A stretch of DNA of 64,000 nucleotides, from assembly GCA_017477245.1 (NCBI GenBank), contig JAFUWY010000027.1:118942-182941 (forward strand), written 5' to 3'. The stretch comes from Bacteroidales bacterium. Lineage in GTDB: Bacteria; Bacteroidota; Bacteroidia; Bacteroidales; UBA932. Below, one piece after another: positions 49,538-59,027 of this stretch. The notes under the pieces were generated by a model. The model did no database searches, was not told where the DNA came from, and saw only the letters and a program-made list of their open reading frames with translations. Made by a program: the position numbers and the translations under genes. Every line of letters starts with the position of its first letter. Position 1 is the stretch's first letter.

Positions 49538-52500
49538 TTAGAAGGAAACATTGACTCCCAGGGTAAAAGTATTCACAATCGGATAGCCGCTGCCGGTCTC
49601 CGGATCGATTTTGAAACGCTGGCTCAGACCCGCACGCGACCAGGTGCAGAGATTCTGGCCCGTGGCGTAGATACGCAGGGCGCTGACAGGGGACCCTTTC
49701 AGGATCCGCTGCGGGAAAGTATAACCCAGGGAGAGGTTCTTCAAGCGGATAAAACTACCGTCACGATACCCCAGGACTTCGCCCTGCAGATAGCTCTGCG
49801 CATTTTCGTCAGGGCGGGGATACTCATTGGAGCCATTCTCCGGGGTCCAGTAATTGATATTCAGAACATTTCCGTTCGTTGCCGATTCCTGGGAGAGTTG
49901 TCCGCTGTTGACCATCTGACCCCAGCGCATCGCCATCTCGAAAGAGAGGTCCCAGTTCTTCCAGTGGAAACGGTTGACCATATTGGCGACAAAGTCCGGC
50001 TGGGTGGTACCGATGATCATGCGGTCGGCATCGTTGACCGTACCGCTCTTGTCATAGTCCTCGGTCTTGATCTGACCGGGCTTGCGGGCAAACTTGGCGG
50101 CCTCCGCCTCCTCGTTATTCTGCCAGACACCGAGCCAGTTGTAGGTGTAGAACACATTGATCGGATGGCCGATGAACCACTGGTTACCAATGTCGTCCAC
50201 GGGGCCGTTATACAATTCGACAATCTGCTCGCGGTTGAGATAGAACGTCAGGTCCGTATTCCAGCTAAACTCCGGTTTGACAATATTCACCGTATTGAGT
50301 GTCAGCTCAATACCGCGGTTTCTCGTTGCACCGACATTCTCCAGCGTCGAATTGAAACCGGTCGTGATCGGGAGCATTCTGGGAAGGAGCAGGTCCGTAG
50401 TATTGCTTTGATACAATTCAAGGCTGCCGCTGATGCGTCCCTTCAGGAAACCGAAGTCCAGACCGATGTTATACACAGATGTCTTTTCCCACTTCAGATT
50501 CTGGTTCGCCAGTTCACCCGGGCGCATTCCGAGTCCTTCCGATTCGTCAAAGGAATACTTCGTGCTGGTAAGCGCCCCCTGCGTCTGGTATGGAGCGATG
50601 GCCTGGTTGCCGGAGACGCCATAGCTCAGACGGAGTTTGAGATTGGACAGCCAGCCCTTGGTGCCCTGCATCCAGGGTTCTTCCGTAATACGCCAACCCA
50701 GTGCGACGGACGGGAAGAAGCCCCACTTGTGTCCGGGAGCGAATTGCGAGGCACCGTCGGCGCGGACGGTCGCTGTCAACAGGTAGCGGTCCTTGAGGCT
50801 GTAGAAGGCGCGGGCCGCGAAGGAGGAAAGCTTCCATTCCTCCAGATTGGAGTCGTACGAAGAGATGCCGGCAGCAGCTCCGATATTGTTCCATAGGGCA
50901 TTGAAATACGGAATCTGATTGACGGCAAAATTGCTGTACTCCATATGGGAATCCTGCCAGCTCTGGATACCGGTCAGCGTGACATGATGGATATCGAAAG
51001 TCTTGTCCCAGGTCAGGATGTTCTCGATATTCCGGCGCACCGTAGTCGTCTGCGCGATGCTGGCAATATCCCCGTCACCATGGCGGGCAGGCGTTTCACT
51101 CATGGCGGCTTCCTTGTCCGAATTGGAGGAAATATCGGCACCGACATTGAGTCGGTAAGTCAGGCTCGGAAGGATCTGCCAGTTGAGATAGCCGTTGATA
51201 TAGGCGCTGTAGGTCTTGTCTTCAGCCCGGTAGGAATCAGTCTCGAGTTCCGTGAGCGGATTCTTGTACCAGGAGGCGGTATTGGAGGCGCGCACGATCA
51301 GGTTCCCCTCGCTGTCATACGGGAAAGCTGTCGGCGGCATTTTGCGGGCATCGCCGTAAGCGTTTCCGCTTATACGGCTGTGGCGGTTGCTGTAGGCAAG
51401 CAGTGTGGATAAACCGACGGTCAAGTTGTCGGTCACATTGATATCTACACTCGGCGAAAGGGTCAACCGGTCGAACTTGCGGGTCGGGACAATGCCTTCG
51501 TTGCTGCTGAAATTCCCGGCCACATTGTATTTCACGCGGTCGGAACCACCGGTCAGGGTCAACTGGTGCTTATGGCGGAAACCGTTCTGGAGCAGAAGCT
51601 TCTGCCAGTCGGTATCACCGCCCTTCTTATAATAATCCCACTCGCTTTCGCCGATGCGCTTCTGCACATAGGCTTCAAGCGCCTCCCCGCTCAGGCCGGT
51701 TGCACGGCCGCCTTCACGCATGCGGTCCGTCCACTGCTCGGCGTTCATCCAGGGCTGGTGCAGCGGGACCTGCAGGCCGACCTGGCCTTCATATTTCACC
51801 GTAGGGCGACCGGTCTCGCCGCGCTTCGTGGTGATGATGATGACGCCGTTGGCGCCGCGGGATCCGTAAATCGCCGTAGAAGAAGCATCCTTAAGGACGT
51901 CCATCGACTTGATATCATAAGGGTTGATATCATTGAGCGAACCGCCGAAAGTGATACCGTCCAGGATGATGAGCGGATCGTTGGATGCCTTGAAAGAGCG
52001 GTGACCGCGCATCAGGATTGAACCGGTAGCACCCGGATCGACACCGCCGGAAGTGATATCCAGGCCGGCGACACGTCCAGCAAGCGCCTGGGTGATGTCG
52101 GTAATGGCCAAGCTGTTAAATGCTTCTTCAGAGACGGATGCTACAGCTCCGGTCAGGTCACGTTTCTTCTGGGTGCCATAGCCGATGACTACGGTCTCGT
52201 CCAGCGACTCATAGTCTTCTTCCATGACAACGGTAAGCGGACCGCTGCCGACCGTCACGCTGACCGTCTTGTAGCCGATGCAGGAGATCTCCAGCACGGC
52301 ACCGGTATAGGTCTGGATGGAGAAATTGCCGTCCAAGTCGGAAACCGCGCCGTTGGTGACAGAGCCTTTCTCGAGGATCCCGGCACCGATAACCGGATTG
52401 CCGGACGCGTCTTTTACCACACCGGTCACCGTCTTTCTCGATGTCTGGTCCAAGACGACACCCCCGTCGACGGCATACAGGAAGGGGCTACCGGCAAAGG

Positions 52501-52567
52501 ATAGTAAACCCATGGAGAAAACGATAAACGCTTTGCTCCAGCGCAGGCTTGTTTTCTTTTTTGACAT
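49538..52567 (-). CDS. susC: SusC/RagA TonB-dependent transporter
   Basis: LDETVVIGYG, LKDASSTAIYGSRGANGVIIITTK, FFPSVALGW, LKWEKT and terminal GVNVSF. Confidence 0.97.
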   Translation of the reverse strand: MSKKKTSLRWSKAFIVFSMGLLSFAGSPFLYAVDGGVVLDQTSRKTVTGVVKDASGNPVIGAGILEKGSVTNGAVSDLDGNFSIQTYTGAVLEISCIGYKTVSVTVGSGPLTVVMEEDYESLDETVVIGYGTQKKRDLTGAVASVSEEAFNSLAITDITQALAGRVAGLDITSGGVDPGATGSILMRGHRSFKASNDPLIILDGITFGGSLNDINPYDIKSMDVLKDASSTAIYGSRGANGVIIITTKRGETGRPTVKYEGQVGLQVPLHQPWMNAEQWTDRMREGGRATGLSGEALEAYVQKRIGESEWDYYKKGGDTDWQKLLLQNGFRHKHQLTLTGGSDRVKYNVAGNFSSNEGIVPTRKFDRLTLSPSVDINVTDNLTVGLSTLLAYSNRHSRISGNAYGDARKMPPTAFPYDSEGNLIVRASNTASWYKNPLTELETDSYRAEDKTYSAYINGYLNWQILPSLTYRLNVGADISSNSDKEAAMSETPARHGDGDIASIAQTTTVRRNIENILTWDKTFDIHHVTLTGIQSWQDSHMEYSNFAVNQIPYFNALWNNIGAAAGISSYDSNLEEWKLSSFAARAFYSLKDRYLLTATVRADGASQFAPGHKWGFFPSVALGWRITEEPWMQGTKGWLSNLKLRLSYGVSGNQAIAPYQTQGALTSTKYSFDESEGLGMRPGELANQNLKWEKTSVYNIGLDFGFLKGRISGSLELYQSNTTDLLLPRMLPITTGFNSTLENVGATRNRGIELTLNTVNIVKPEFSWNTDLTFYLNREQIVELYNGPVDDIGNQWFIGHPINVFYTYNWLGVWQNNEEAEAAKFARKPGQIKTEDYDKSGTVNDADRMIIGTTQPDFVANMVNRFHWKNWDLSFEMAMRWGQMVNSGQLSQESATNGNVLNINYWTPENGSNEYPRPDENAQSYLQGEVLGYRDGSFIRLKNLSLGYTFPQRILKGSPVSALRIYATGQNLCTWSRAGLSQRFKIDPETGSGYPIVNTFTLGVNVSF

Positions 52568-52607
52568 AGGTAGTGTTTTAAAATGGTTAATAGGAGTTTG
52601 TCTGCAG

Positions 52608-52615
52608 CAAATTTA
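52608..52615 (-). promoter_or_regulatory. Bacteroidetes -7 promoter element TAAATTTG of the PUL
   Basis: Exact TAnnTTTG match about 40 nt upstream of susC. Confidence 0.65.
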
Positions 52616-52694
52616 AGGGGATAGCTGCCGGGCTGTGGAAGGATTTTCTTCCTTTTAGCGGGTAGAATCTTTCAGGAAGGGAAGGAAAATGAGT

Positions 52695-52740
52695 AAAAAA
52701 CGACCAGACGGGCAGGAAGAATCTTCCAACACCCGCCTGG
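52695..52740 (-). terminator. Probable terminator after the amidase-like gene
   Basis: Imperfect stem CCAGACGGG...CCCGCCTGG with an inner GGAAG/CTTCC stem and a 6-U run on the minus strand. Confidence 0.45.
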
Positions 52741-52766
52741 CGGCGATCGGAGGGCCGGCAGCAGTA

Positions 52767-53678
52767 TTACTCGGACACCCGCAGCACCGTAACCCCTTTA
52801 ATCCGTTTATTGGCACGCAGATACTCTTCCAGCGTGCGCGGCTCGATGACGACCTTCCGCGCGGCCGTGGAGGCGTGGATGAAGCCGAGCCGGTCTCCCG
52901 GATGCTCGCGGTAAGCGATCACGACATGGGAATAGTCCAGCCCTTCGATGGAAGTGAGGAAGCAGAGGATATCCCCGTTGCGGATCTGCCCTTCGGCTTC
53001 CGGCAGTTTCTCCCGGGGGATGTAGCAGCGCGGGATGCGGCTGATCTCCTCTTCGATCCGGGCGATGCGCCGCCGGTTTTCCTGCGCGTAGCCGGACTCC
53101 CCCTTCAGGGGCGCATAGCTGTCGGGATGCGCGGTCATGAAGCAGATGGGACGCGTGTCGGCGATCCCGCCCAGGTCCGCGGTAACATCCCGGAAAAGGG
53201 CGTTAGCGACGCCCTGCCGTATCCACTCGGAGGTGTAGTGCAGGCGGGATTCATACCCGTCCACGATGCCGCCGCGGTAACGGGAGAGCCTCAGCGTCTG
53301 CGCGAGGTCTTCGAAGCTGGCGGCGGCGCCGCGGCGCTGCACCGTCCGCACCAGGCCCAGGCAGGTCTCCGCGAAAAGGATGCAGTCCGTACGGGTCAGG
53401 TAGATGCGCAGACGTTCTTCCCTGCCTTCCTGGGTCCCCGCCACATAGGGCTGGCCCAACAGCTGCCGGGCCGCCCGGACCATCAGCGCCGGACTGTCCT
53501 CGGCCCCGGCATGCGCGCCCAGGTCCTTCATGACCAGCTGGGCCAGCGCGATGTCTTCGGCCGTGGAACTGTAGGCCGGCGTGTCCACCGGCTGCGCGCG
53601 CAGTGCCAGGGGGCACAGCGCCAGCATAAGGAGGACCAGTCGCCTAACGGCTGCGGGCACGGAGGATACGGCGGACAT
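52767..53678 (-). CDS. DUF1460 / AmiA-like N-acetylmuramoyl-L-alanine amidase (NlpC/P60-like)
   Basis: LLGQPYVAGT, TDCILFAET, RLHYTSEW, GLDYSHV and FIHAST motifs; signal peptide; real start at 53678 inside the longer track ORF. Confidence 0.85.
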   Translation of the reverse strand: MSAVSSVPAAVRRLVLLMLALCPLALRAQPVDTPAYSSTAEDIALAQLVMKDLGAHAGAEDSPALMVRAARQLLGQPYVAGTQEGREERLRIYLTRTDCILFAETCLGLVRTVQRRGAAASFEDLAQTLRLSRYRGGIVDGYESRLHYTSEWIRQGVANALFRDVTADLGGIADTRPICFMTAHPDSYAPLKGESGYAQENRRRIARIEEEISRIPRCYIPREKLPEAEGQIRNGDILCFLTSIEGLDYSHVVIAYREHPGDRLGFIHASTAARKVVIEPRTLEEYLRANKRIKGVTVLRVSE

Positions 53679-54456
53679 TGTCTTTGAGGATTTGGACGGC
53701 GGGATCGGCCATGTTGCCGTGGCCGAAGCCCTGGAGTTCGTAGAGGGTGGCGTCGGGGTGCCCGACCATCCGGAGCAGCCGCCAGAAGTAGGCGGTCTCC
53801 TCGTAGCGGCCATAGAGCTCGAGCTCCCGGTCGCCGGAAATGATCACGATCGGCGGAGCGTCCGCGCGCACGTGGGAAAGCGGCGCATACTCGTCGATCA
53901 GCGGCTGGAACGGGGTCATCCCCAGGGTCTTGCGATAGTTGTAGTGGCTGAGCACCTGGCCGCTGAACGGGATGAGGCCAGCCACGCGGTCGGCATCGAT
54001 CCCGTGTTTGGCAAGCCAGCGCTTGTCCAGCCCCAGCATGTCGATCAGGTAGCCGCCGGCGGAATGGCCGGACAGGAAGACCTTGTCCGGGGAGCCGCCG
54101 TAAGCGGCGATGTTGTCGAAGGTCCAGGCCACGGCCGCGGCAGCATCGGCGATGCAGTCGGCGATGGTGCCTTTCGGGATCAGCCGGTAGCCGGCGGAGA
54201 CAACTACGAAGCCGCTCTCCTTGAGGTCGCGCGGCACCGAGGTCTTCTCGCCGCCCGTCAGTCCCCCGCCGTGGAACCAGACGACCACGGGCAGGTCCTT
54301 CGCCCCTTCGGGGGCATAGATGTCCAGCTTGCAGCGTTCCTGCAGATAGGCATCCGTGGTGGAACTTGCATACTGGAGGTCCTTGACGATCTGAGCTGAA
54401 GCGACGCTGCAGACAGCAACGAGCAACAGCGTCAGCAGTAACAGTTTCCTTCTCAT
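53644..54456 (-). CDS. Secreted alpha/beta hydrolase (esterase/lipase family)
   Basis: WFHGGGLTGG oxyanion motif, GHSAGG nucleophile, late His in FGHG; signal peptide MRRKLLLLTLL. Confidence 0.9.
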   Translation of the reverse strand: MRRKLLLLTLLLVAVCSVASAQIVKDLQYASSTTDAYLQERCKLDIYAPEGAKDLPVVVWFHGGGLTGGEKTSVPRDLKESGFVVVSAGYRLIPKGTIADCIADAAAAVAWTFDNIAAYGGSPDKVFLSGHSAGGYLIDMLGLDKRWLAKHGIDADRVAGLIPFSGQVLSHYNYRKTLGMTPFQPLIDEYAPLSHVRADAPPIVIISGDRELELYGRYEETAYFWRLLRMVGHPDATLYELQGFGHGNMADPAVQILKDNVRRILRARSR

Positions 54457-54458
54457 AA

Positions 54459-57401
54459 TCATTTGATCAAAGCCCGCCCGGTGCGGCCGTCGATGCAGAT
54501 CTGCAGGTCGGCATCGAAGTGCACGAGGCGCAGGTATTCCGTCTCGAACTCCGCCGCCATCGCATCCAGCCGCGCAGCGTCGAAGCACTCGTCGGGACGC
54601 GCGAAAGGATTGACGTTGACATAGCCGGCGTTGAACGAGGTCATGTTCTGGAAGAAGTGCGTGCCCTGGCTGGGATCCACCCGGAAATGCTCCAGGCAGC
54701 ACTCCACGATGGCGCGCGCCTCGGAGATGTCGCTCCACTGCACGGGCACGCCCAGCGAGGGGATGCTGGAGCCCCAGCGGCCGTAGCCCACGAGGACGTA
54801 GTTGCGGCCGGCGGTGCGCATCCTGGCGTTGAGCTCCTTGAGCTGGGCCGCCATCTCGCGGGTCTTCAGCACGTCGAACGCCGACTCGCGCAAGTACACG
54901 ACGTCGCGAACGCCGTTGATCCAGCCCGGTCCGATGGCACTGCCGGACGCCACGATGGCGCCCTCGGCGTCGACACCGGACCAGTCGACCTCGGCGTCCA
55001 GGCCGTCCAGCGAGATGGGCCGCACCTGCAGGACGTTGAAGATGGAGAGGGCGTCGGGGCCGCGGTCGAGGTTGGCCGCGAATTCGATCTCCACACCGCA
55101 CTTGACCTCGCGCTGCATGATGTCCAGCAGTTCGTTGAGGATGTCGGCCAGCGGGAAGGTATTGTACTTGAGGATGTGCGCGAAGGTGACGAACTTCGGC
55201 CCCTGCGGGACCGGCGAGTCGACGATGCGCATGTTTTCGTAGTCGTAGGTGGAGACCACCCGTGCGAAGTTGCGGAACGGTCCGCACTCGGTGATCGGGA
55301 TGCGGTCGAGGTTGACGCCGTCGTCGACGGAGGTCTTGAACTTGTCCGGCTGGAGGTTGAGCGCGAACATGGCCTGCTGCGTCTCGGACATCGTCAGCTC
55401 GGGCGTGGAGGTCTGCAGGACGTTGCGCGGGTACTTCGGCGAGAAGCGGAGCACCTGGTCGCCGTCCACGACGGCCTTGCCCAGGCCGAAGGCGAGCTTG
55501 GCGACACCGTCTTCCGGCTTCTCGTAGCCGATCGGGTAGAAGTTGACCGAGCGCGCCACGCCGGAGAAGGTCGGGAAATAGTATCCGCGGTCCTCGCTGC
55601 CGCAGATCTCCTGCAGGACGATGGCCATCTTTTCCTCGGAGAGGACGTTGGCCGTGGCCGTGATGTAGCCTCTGGAGGAGGCGTAGTAGACGGAGGCGTA
55701 GACGCTCTTGATGGCCTTGGAGAGCAGGCGGAGTTCCTGGTCTTCGTTCTCCGTGTGCGGGATCATGTACGTCGAGTAGACGCCCGCAAAAGGCTGGTAG
55801 TAGGAATCTTCCAGCTTGGAGGAAGAACGGACCGCGAGGGGCTTGCGGACGTGCCTGATGAACACGCGCAAGGCCTCCGTGAGCTCCTGCGGGAGCGTCG
55901 ACGCGACGAATTCCGAGAGGATCTCGGCGTCGGTCAGGTCCGCGTTGATCACGTACTGCAGGCCGTTCTCACGGATGAAGCGGTCGAAGTATTCGGTGGT
56001 GATCACGAGGGTGCGCGGCACGAGCACGCGCACGTCCTCCCACTTGTCGTAGAGGTCGTATTTCTGCAGGATGTGGTTGAGGAACGCCAGGCCGCGGGCC
56101 TTGCCGCCGAGCGAGCCCTTGCCCACGCGGGCGAACCAGATGGCGTCGTTGTAGGTGGCCGGATCGAAGCTGGCCACCACGCCGAGGCCCTGGCTGATCC
56201 GGTAGTCGCGGATCATCCGCAGGTTCATTTCGCGCACGTGCGCGACGTCCTCGTCGGAATGGATGCGGATCGGGCGGAAGAGGTCGCCGATCGCGAAGAT
56301 ACCGCGGCCGTAGAGCCAGCGGGAGATGTAGTTCTTGTCCGCCAGCACGCGCAGGGCCCGGTCGGACATCCCGGCGATGACCCGCTCGAACTCGTAGAGG
56401 TTGCGGGCGCGCGCCGTCACTTCCCCGGTGTCGGGGTCCGTGACGACGAAGTCGCCGAACCCGAATTCGCGGCCGATGTATTCCGTCAGGTCGTGGGTCA
56501 GGGTCTTGGAGGTCTTGCGCACGAAGCCGACGCCGAGCTGCTCGGCGACGGCGCGCATGCTCTCCTGCGAGGACTGCATCAGGAAGGGCAGCGTGGGGTT
56601 CTCACGCCGCACCAGGCGGCACAGATCGATGCCGGCGTCGATCTTCTCCATCTCGGCCTTGTCGCCCTTGTGGAGGACGAAGCCGATGTCGGAGATGATG
56701 CCGATGATGTTGGACTTGTATTTCTGGTAGTAGTCGTAGGCCTCGTCGTAGCACGTGGCCATCAGGATCTTGGGGCGGGCGCGCTTGCGCAGGAACTGCT
56801 GCTCCTCGTTGAGCGCGTCGCGCACCGCCTCGCTGTTCTGCTGGAGCACCAGCTTGTAGAGCAGCGGCAGGTAGGTCGAATAGTAGCGAACGGAATCTTC
56901 CACAAGCAGGATCACGCGGGCGCCCATCTCGAGGCAGTCGTGCTCGGCGTTGAGCTTGTCCTCGAGGAGCTTGATGATGGCGATGAGCACGTCGGTGCTG
57001 TTGTTCCAGCAGAAGACGTAGTCGATGCCGGCGCGGTCGTGGTCGGCGATATGGCGGTAGATCTCCCGGGAGAAGGAGGAGAGCAGGACGATCGGCGTGT
57101 CGGGCGCCAGTTCCTTGGCCTGGCTGGAAAAGCCGAAGACATCGAGCTTGCCGACGTTGTACATCGTGATGATGAGATCGAAGTGCGTGTCGGTGCGCAG
57201 CACCTCCAGCGCTTCCAGGGTCGACTCGGCCCGGACGATGGCCGGCGGGTTGCTCAGGTTGAGCTCGGCGTAGTCCTGGCCGATCTGGGCCTCGATGTGT
57301 CCGTCCTCCTCGAGGGAGAAGCTGTCATAATTGTTACAAACCAGGAGGATTCGGCGAATCCTCCTGGCCATCAGTTGTGTATAATCCGTATTGTTGCTCA
57401 T
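54459..57401 (-). CDS. PEP/pyruvate-binding (PPDK_N) domain protein with receiver-like N-terminal domains
   Basis: ILLVCNNYDSF and ILLVEDSVRYYS receiver-like segments, GSLGGKARGL, AVRSSSKLED, FAGVYST and GRWGS motifs. Confidence 0.85.
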   Translation of the reverse strand: MSNNTDYTQLMARRIRRILLVCNNYDSFSLEEDGHIEAQIGQDYAELNLSNPPAIVRAESTLEALEVLRTDTHFDLIITMYNVGKLDVFGFSSQAKELAPDTPIVLLSSFSREIYRHIADHDRAGIDYVFCWNNSTDVLIAIIKLLEDKLNAEHDCLEMGARVILLVEDSVRYYSTYLPLLYKLVLQQNSEAVRDALNEEQQFLRKRARPKILMATCYDEAYDYYQKYKSNIIGIISDIGFVLHKGDKAEMEKIDAGIDLCRLVRRENPTLPFLMQSSQESMRAVAEQLGVGFVRKTSKTLTHDLTEYIGREFGFGDFVVTDPDTGEVTARARNLYEFERVIAGMSDRALRVLADKNYISRWLYGRGIFAIGDLFRPIRIHSDEDVAHVREMNLRMIRDYRISQGLGVVASFDPATYNDAIWFARVGKGSLGGKARGLAFLNHILQKYDLYDKWEDVRVLVPRTLVITTEYFDRFIRENGLQYVINADLTDAEILSEFVASTLPQELTEALRVFIRHVRKPLAVRSSSKLEDSYYQPFAGVYSTYMIPHTENEDQELRLLSKAIKSVYASVYYASSRGYITATANVLSEEKMAIVLQEICGSEDRGYYFPTFSGVARSVNFYPIGYEKPEDGVAKLAFGLGKAVVDGDQVLRFSPKYPRNVLQTSTPELTMSETQQAMFALNLQPDKFKTSVDDGVNLDRIPITECGPFRNFARVVSTYDYENMRIVDSPVPQGPKFVTFAHILKYNTFPLADILNELLDIMQREVKCGVEIEFAANLDRGPDALSIFNVLQVRPISLDGLDAEVDWSGVDAEGAIVASGSAIGPGWINGVRDVVYLRESAFDVLKTREMAAQLKELNARMRTAGRNYVLVGYGRWGSSIPSLGVPVQWSDISEARAIVECCLEHFRVDPSQGTHFFQNMTSFNAGYVNVNPFARPDECFDAARLDAMAAEFETEYLRLVHFDADLQICIDGRTGRALIK

Positions 57402-57408
57402 ATTCGGT

Positions 57409-58764
57409 TTAGACCAGTCCCTGGTCCACCATCGCGTTGGCCACCTTGATGAAGCCGGCGATGTTGGCACCCTTGACGTAGTTGATGTAACCGTCCTCCT
57501 CGGTGCCGTACTTCAGGCAGGCAGCGTGGATGTCGGACATGATGCGGTGCAGGTGCTCGTCCACTTCCTCGGCGGTCCACTTCTGGCGGATGGAGTTCTG
57601 GGTCATCTCCAGGCCGGATGTCGCCACGCCGCCGGCGTTGGACGCCTTACCCGGCGAGTAGAGCATCTTCTTCTCCTGGAAGATGGCGATGGCCTCCGGC
57701 GTGGAGGGCATGTTGGCACCCTCGACGACGCACCAGCAGCCACCCTTCACCAGGTTCTCGGCGTCGGCCTTCTCGATCTCGTTCTGCGTGGCGCAAGGGA
57801 GCGCGATGTCGCAGGGAATGCGCCAGGGGCGCTCGCCCGGGAAATACTGGGCCTGCGGGTACCTGTTGACATATTCCTTGATGCGGCCGCGACGGATGTT
57901 CTTGAGTTCGAGCACGAACTTGTGCTTCTCCTCATCCAGTCCTTCAGGATCGTAGATGAAGCCGTCGGAGTCGGACAGGGTCACGACCTTGGCGCCCAGG
58001 GCCATCGCCTTCTTGGCGGCGTACTGGGCGACGTTGCCGGAGCCGGACACGACCACGGTCTTGCCTTCGAAGCTCTCGCCGCGGGTGGCGAGCATCTCCT
58101 GGGCGAAGTAGCAGACGCCGTAGCCGGTGGCCTCCGTACGGAGGAGGCTGCCGCCCCAGGCGATGCCCTTGCCGGTCAGCGTGCCGGTGAACTCGTCACG
58201 CAGGCGCTTGTACTGACCGAACATGAAGCCGATCTCGCGGCCGCCCACGCCGATGTCACCGGCAGGTACGTCTGTGTCGGCGCCGATGTGGCGCTGGAGT
58301 TCGGTCATGAAGCTCTGGCAGAAGCGCATGACCTCGGCGTCGGACTTGCCGCGCGGGTTGAAGTCGGAGCCGCCCTTGCCGCCGCCCATCGGGAGGGTGG
58401 TCAGGGAGTTCTTGAAGGTCTGCTCGAAGGCGAGGAACTTCAGGATGCTGAGGTTGACGCTGGCGTGGAAACGGATACCGCCTTTGTACGGGCCGAGGGC
58501 GCTGTTCATCTGTACACGGTATCCCCGGTTGATATGGATTTCGCCCTTGTCGTCGGTCCAGGGGACGCGGAACATGATGACGCGTTCCGGCTCGACCATC
58601 CGCTCAAGGATCTTGAGATCCATCAAATAAGGGTAAGAGGTGACATAAGGTGCTACACTTTCCACCACCTCCCGGACTGCCTGGTGGAATTCCTTCTCCC
58701 CAGGATTGCGCGCGACCAGCTCATCCATGAAGCGGTCGACGTAGTTCTGTGTGAATTTGTCCAT
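57409..58764 (-). CDS. gdhA: Glutamate dehydrogenase (NADP-type)
   Basis: GPYKGGIRF, MGGGKGGSDF, DVPAGDIGVG, SGSGNVA, PCATQNE and ANAGGVATS-type motifs. Confidence 0.97.
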   Translation of the reverse strand: MDKFTQNYVDRFMDELVARNPGEKEFHQAVREVVESVAPYVTSYPYLMDLKILERMVEPERVIMFRVPWTDDKGEIHINRGYRVQMNSALGPYKGGIRFHASVNLSILKFLAFEQTFKNSLTTLPMGGGKGGSDFNPRGKSDAEVMRFCQSFMTELQRHIGADTDVPAGDIGVGGREIGFMFGQYKRLRDEFTGTLTGKGIAWGGSLLRTEATGYGVCYFAQEMLATRGESFEGKTVVVSGSGNVAQYAAKKAMALGAKVVTLSDSDGFIYDPEGLDEEKHKFVLELKNIRRGRIKEYVNRYPQAQYFPGERPWRIPCDIALPCATQNEIEKADAENLVKGGCWCVVEGANMPSTPEAIAIFQEKKMLYSPGKASNAGGVATSGLEMTQNSIRQKWTAEEVDEHLHRIMSDIHAACLKYGTEEDGYINYVKGANIAGFIKVANAMVDQGLV

Positions 58765-58794
58765 AATGTGGGATTTGATTAACTAACCGGGTTT

Positions 58795-58802
58795 CAAATT
58801 TA
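58795..58802 (-). promoter_or_regulatory. Bacteroidetes -7 promoter element TAAATTTG of gdhA
   Basis: Exact TAnnTTTG match about 30 nt upstream of the ATG. Confidence 0.65.
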
Positions 58803-58868
58803 GCAAAATATTTTAAGAATCCTATCCCCTTCCCGCGCTTTTTTCGGTCACTTTCCCTTCCGGATAGC

Positions 58869-59008
58869 TTCTGCCCGCAGGCAGCGCGGTGTGTCCGCGG
58901 CGAAGGCTCGGCCGCAGCAGGATCCGTGGCGCCGGATCCGGTTCCCGCTTGCGGGAAGCGAGGACGGAAGACGAGACGGGGGGCACACCGCGCTGGCTGC
59001 GGGTAGAA
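58869..59008 (+). other. 140-nt multibranched fold-back element (structured RNA or MITE/REP-like)
   Basis: 28-bp closing stem (58869-58896 with 58981-59008: 25 Watson-Crick, 2 G-U, 1 mismatch) enclosing three small hairpins. Confidence 0.7.
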
Positions 59009-59027
59009 ACTACAGACGATCCGCCTC

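Larger units (their letters stand above)
31903..52567 (-). other. Polysaccharide utilisation locus: susC, susD, GH35-like, GH50-like, GH5-like, DUF4978-like+CBM, GH115, GH51, HTCS
   Basis: Nine co-directional, closely spaced or overlapping genes headed by a SusC/SusD pair; visibly weaker GC3 bias than the housekeeping genes. Confidence 0.9.

Noticed and set aside
53644-55287. Track ORFs 53644-55287, 52767-53813, 39777-41972, 35913-37592 and 29678-30664 at full length
   Set aside because: Their N-terminal parts overlap neighbouring genes in other frames; the real starts are at the downstream signal peptides given in the feature list.
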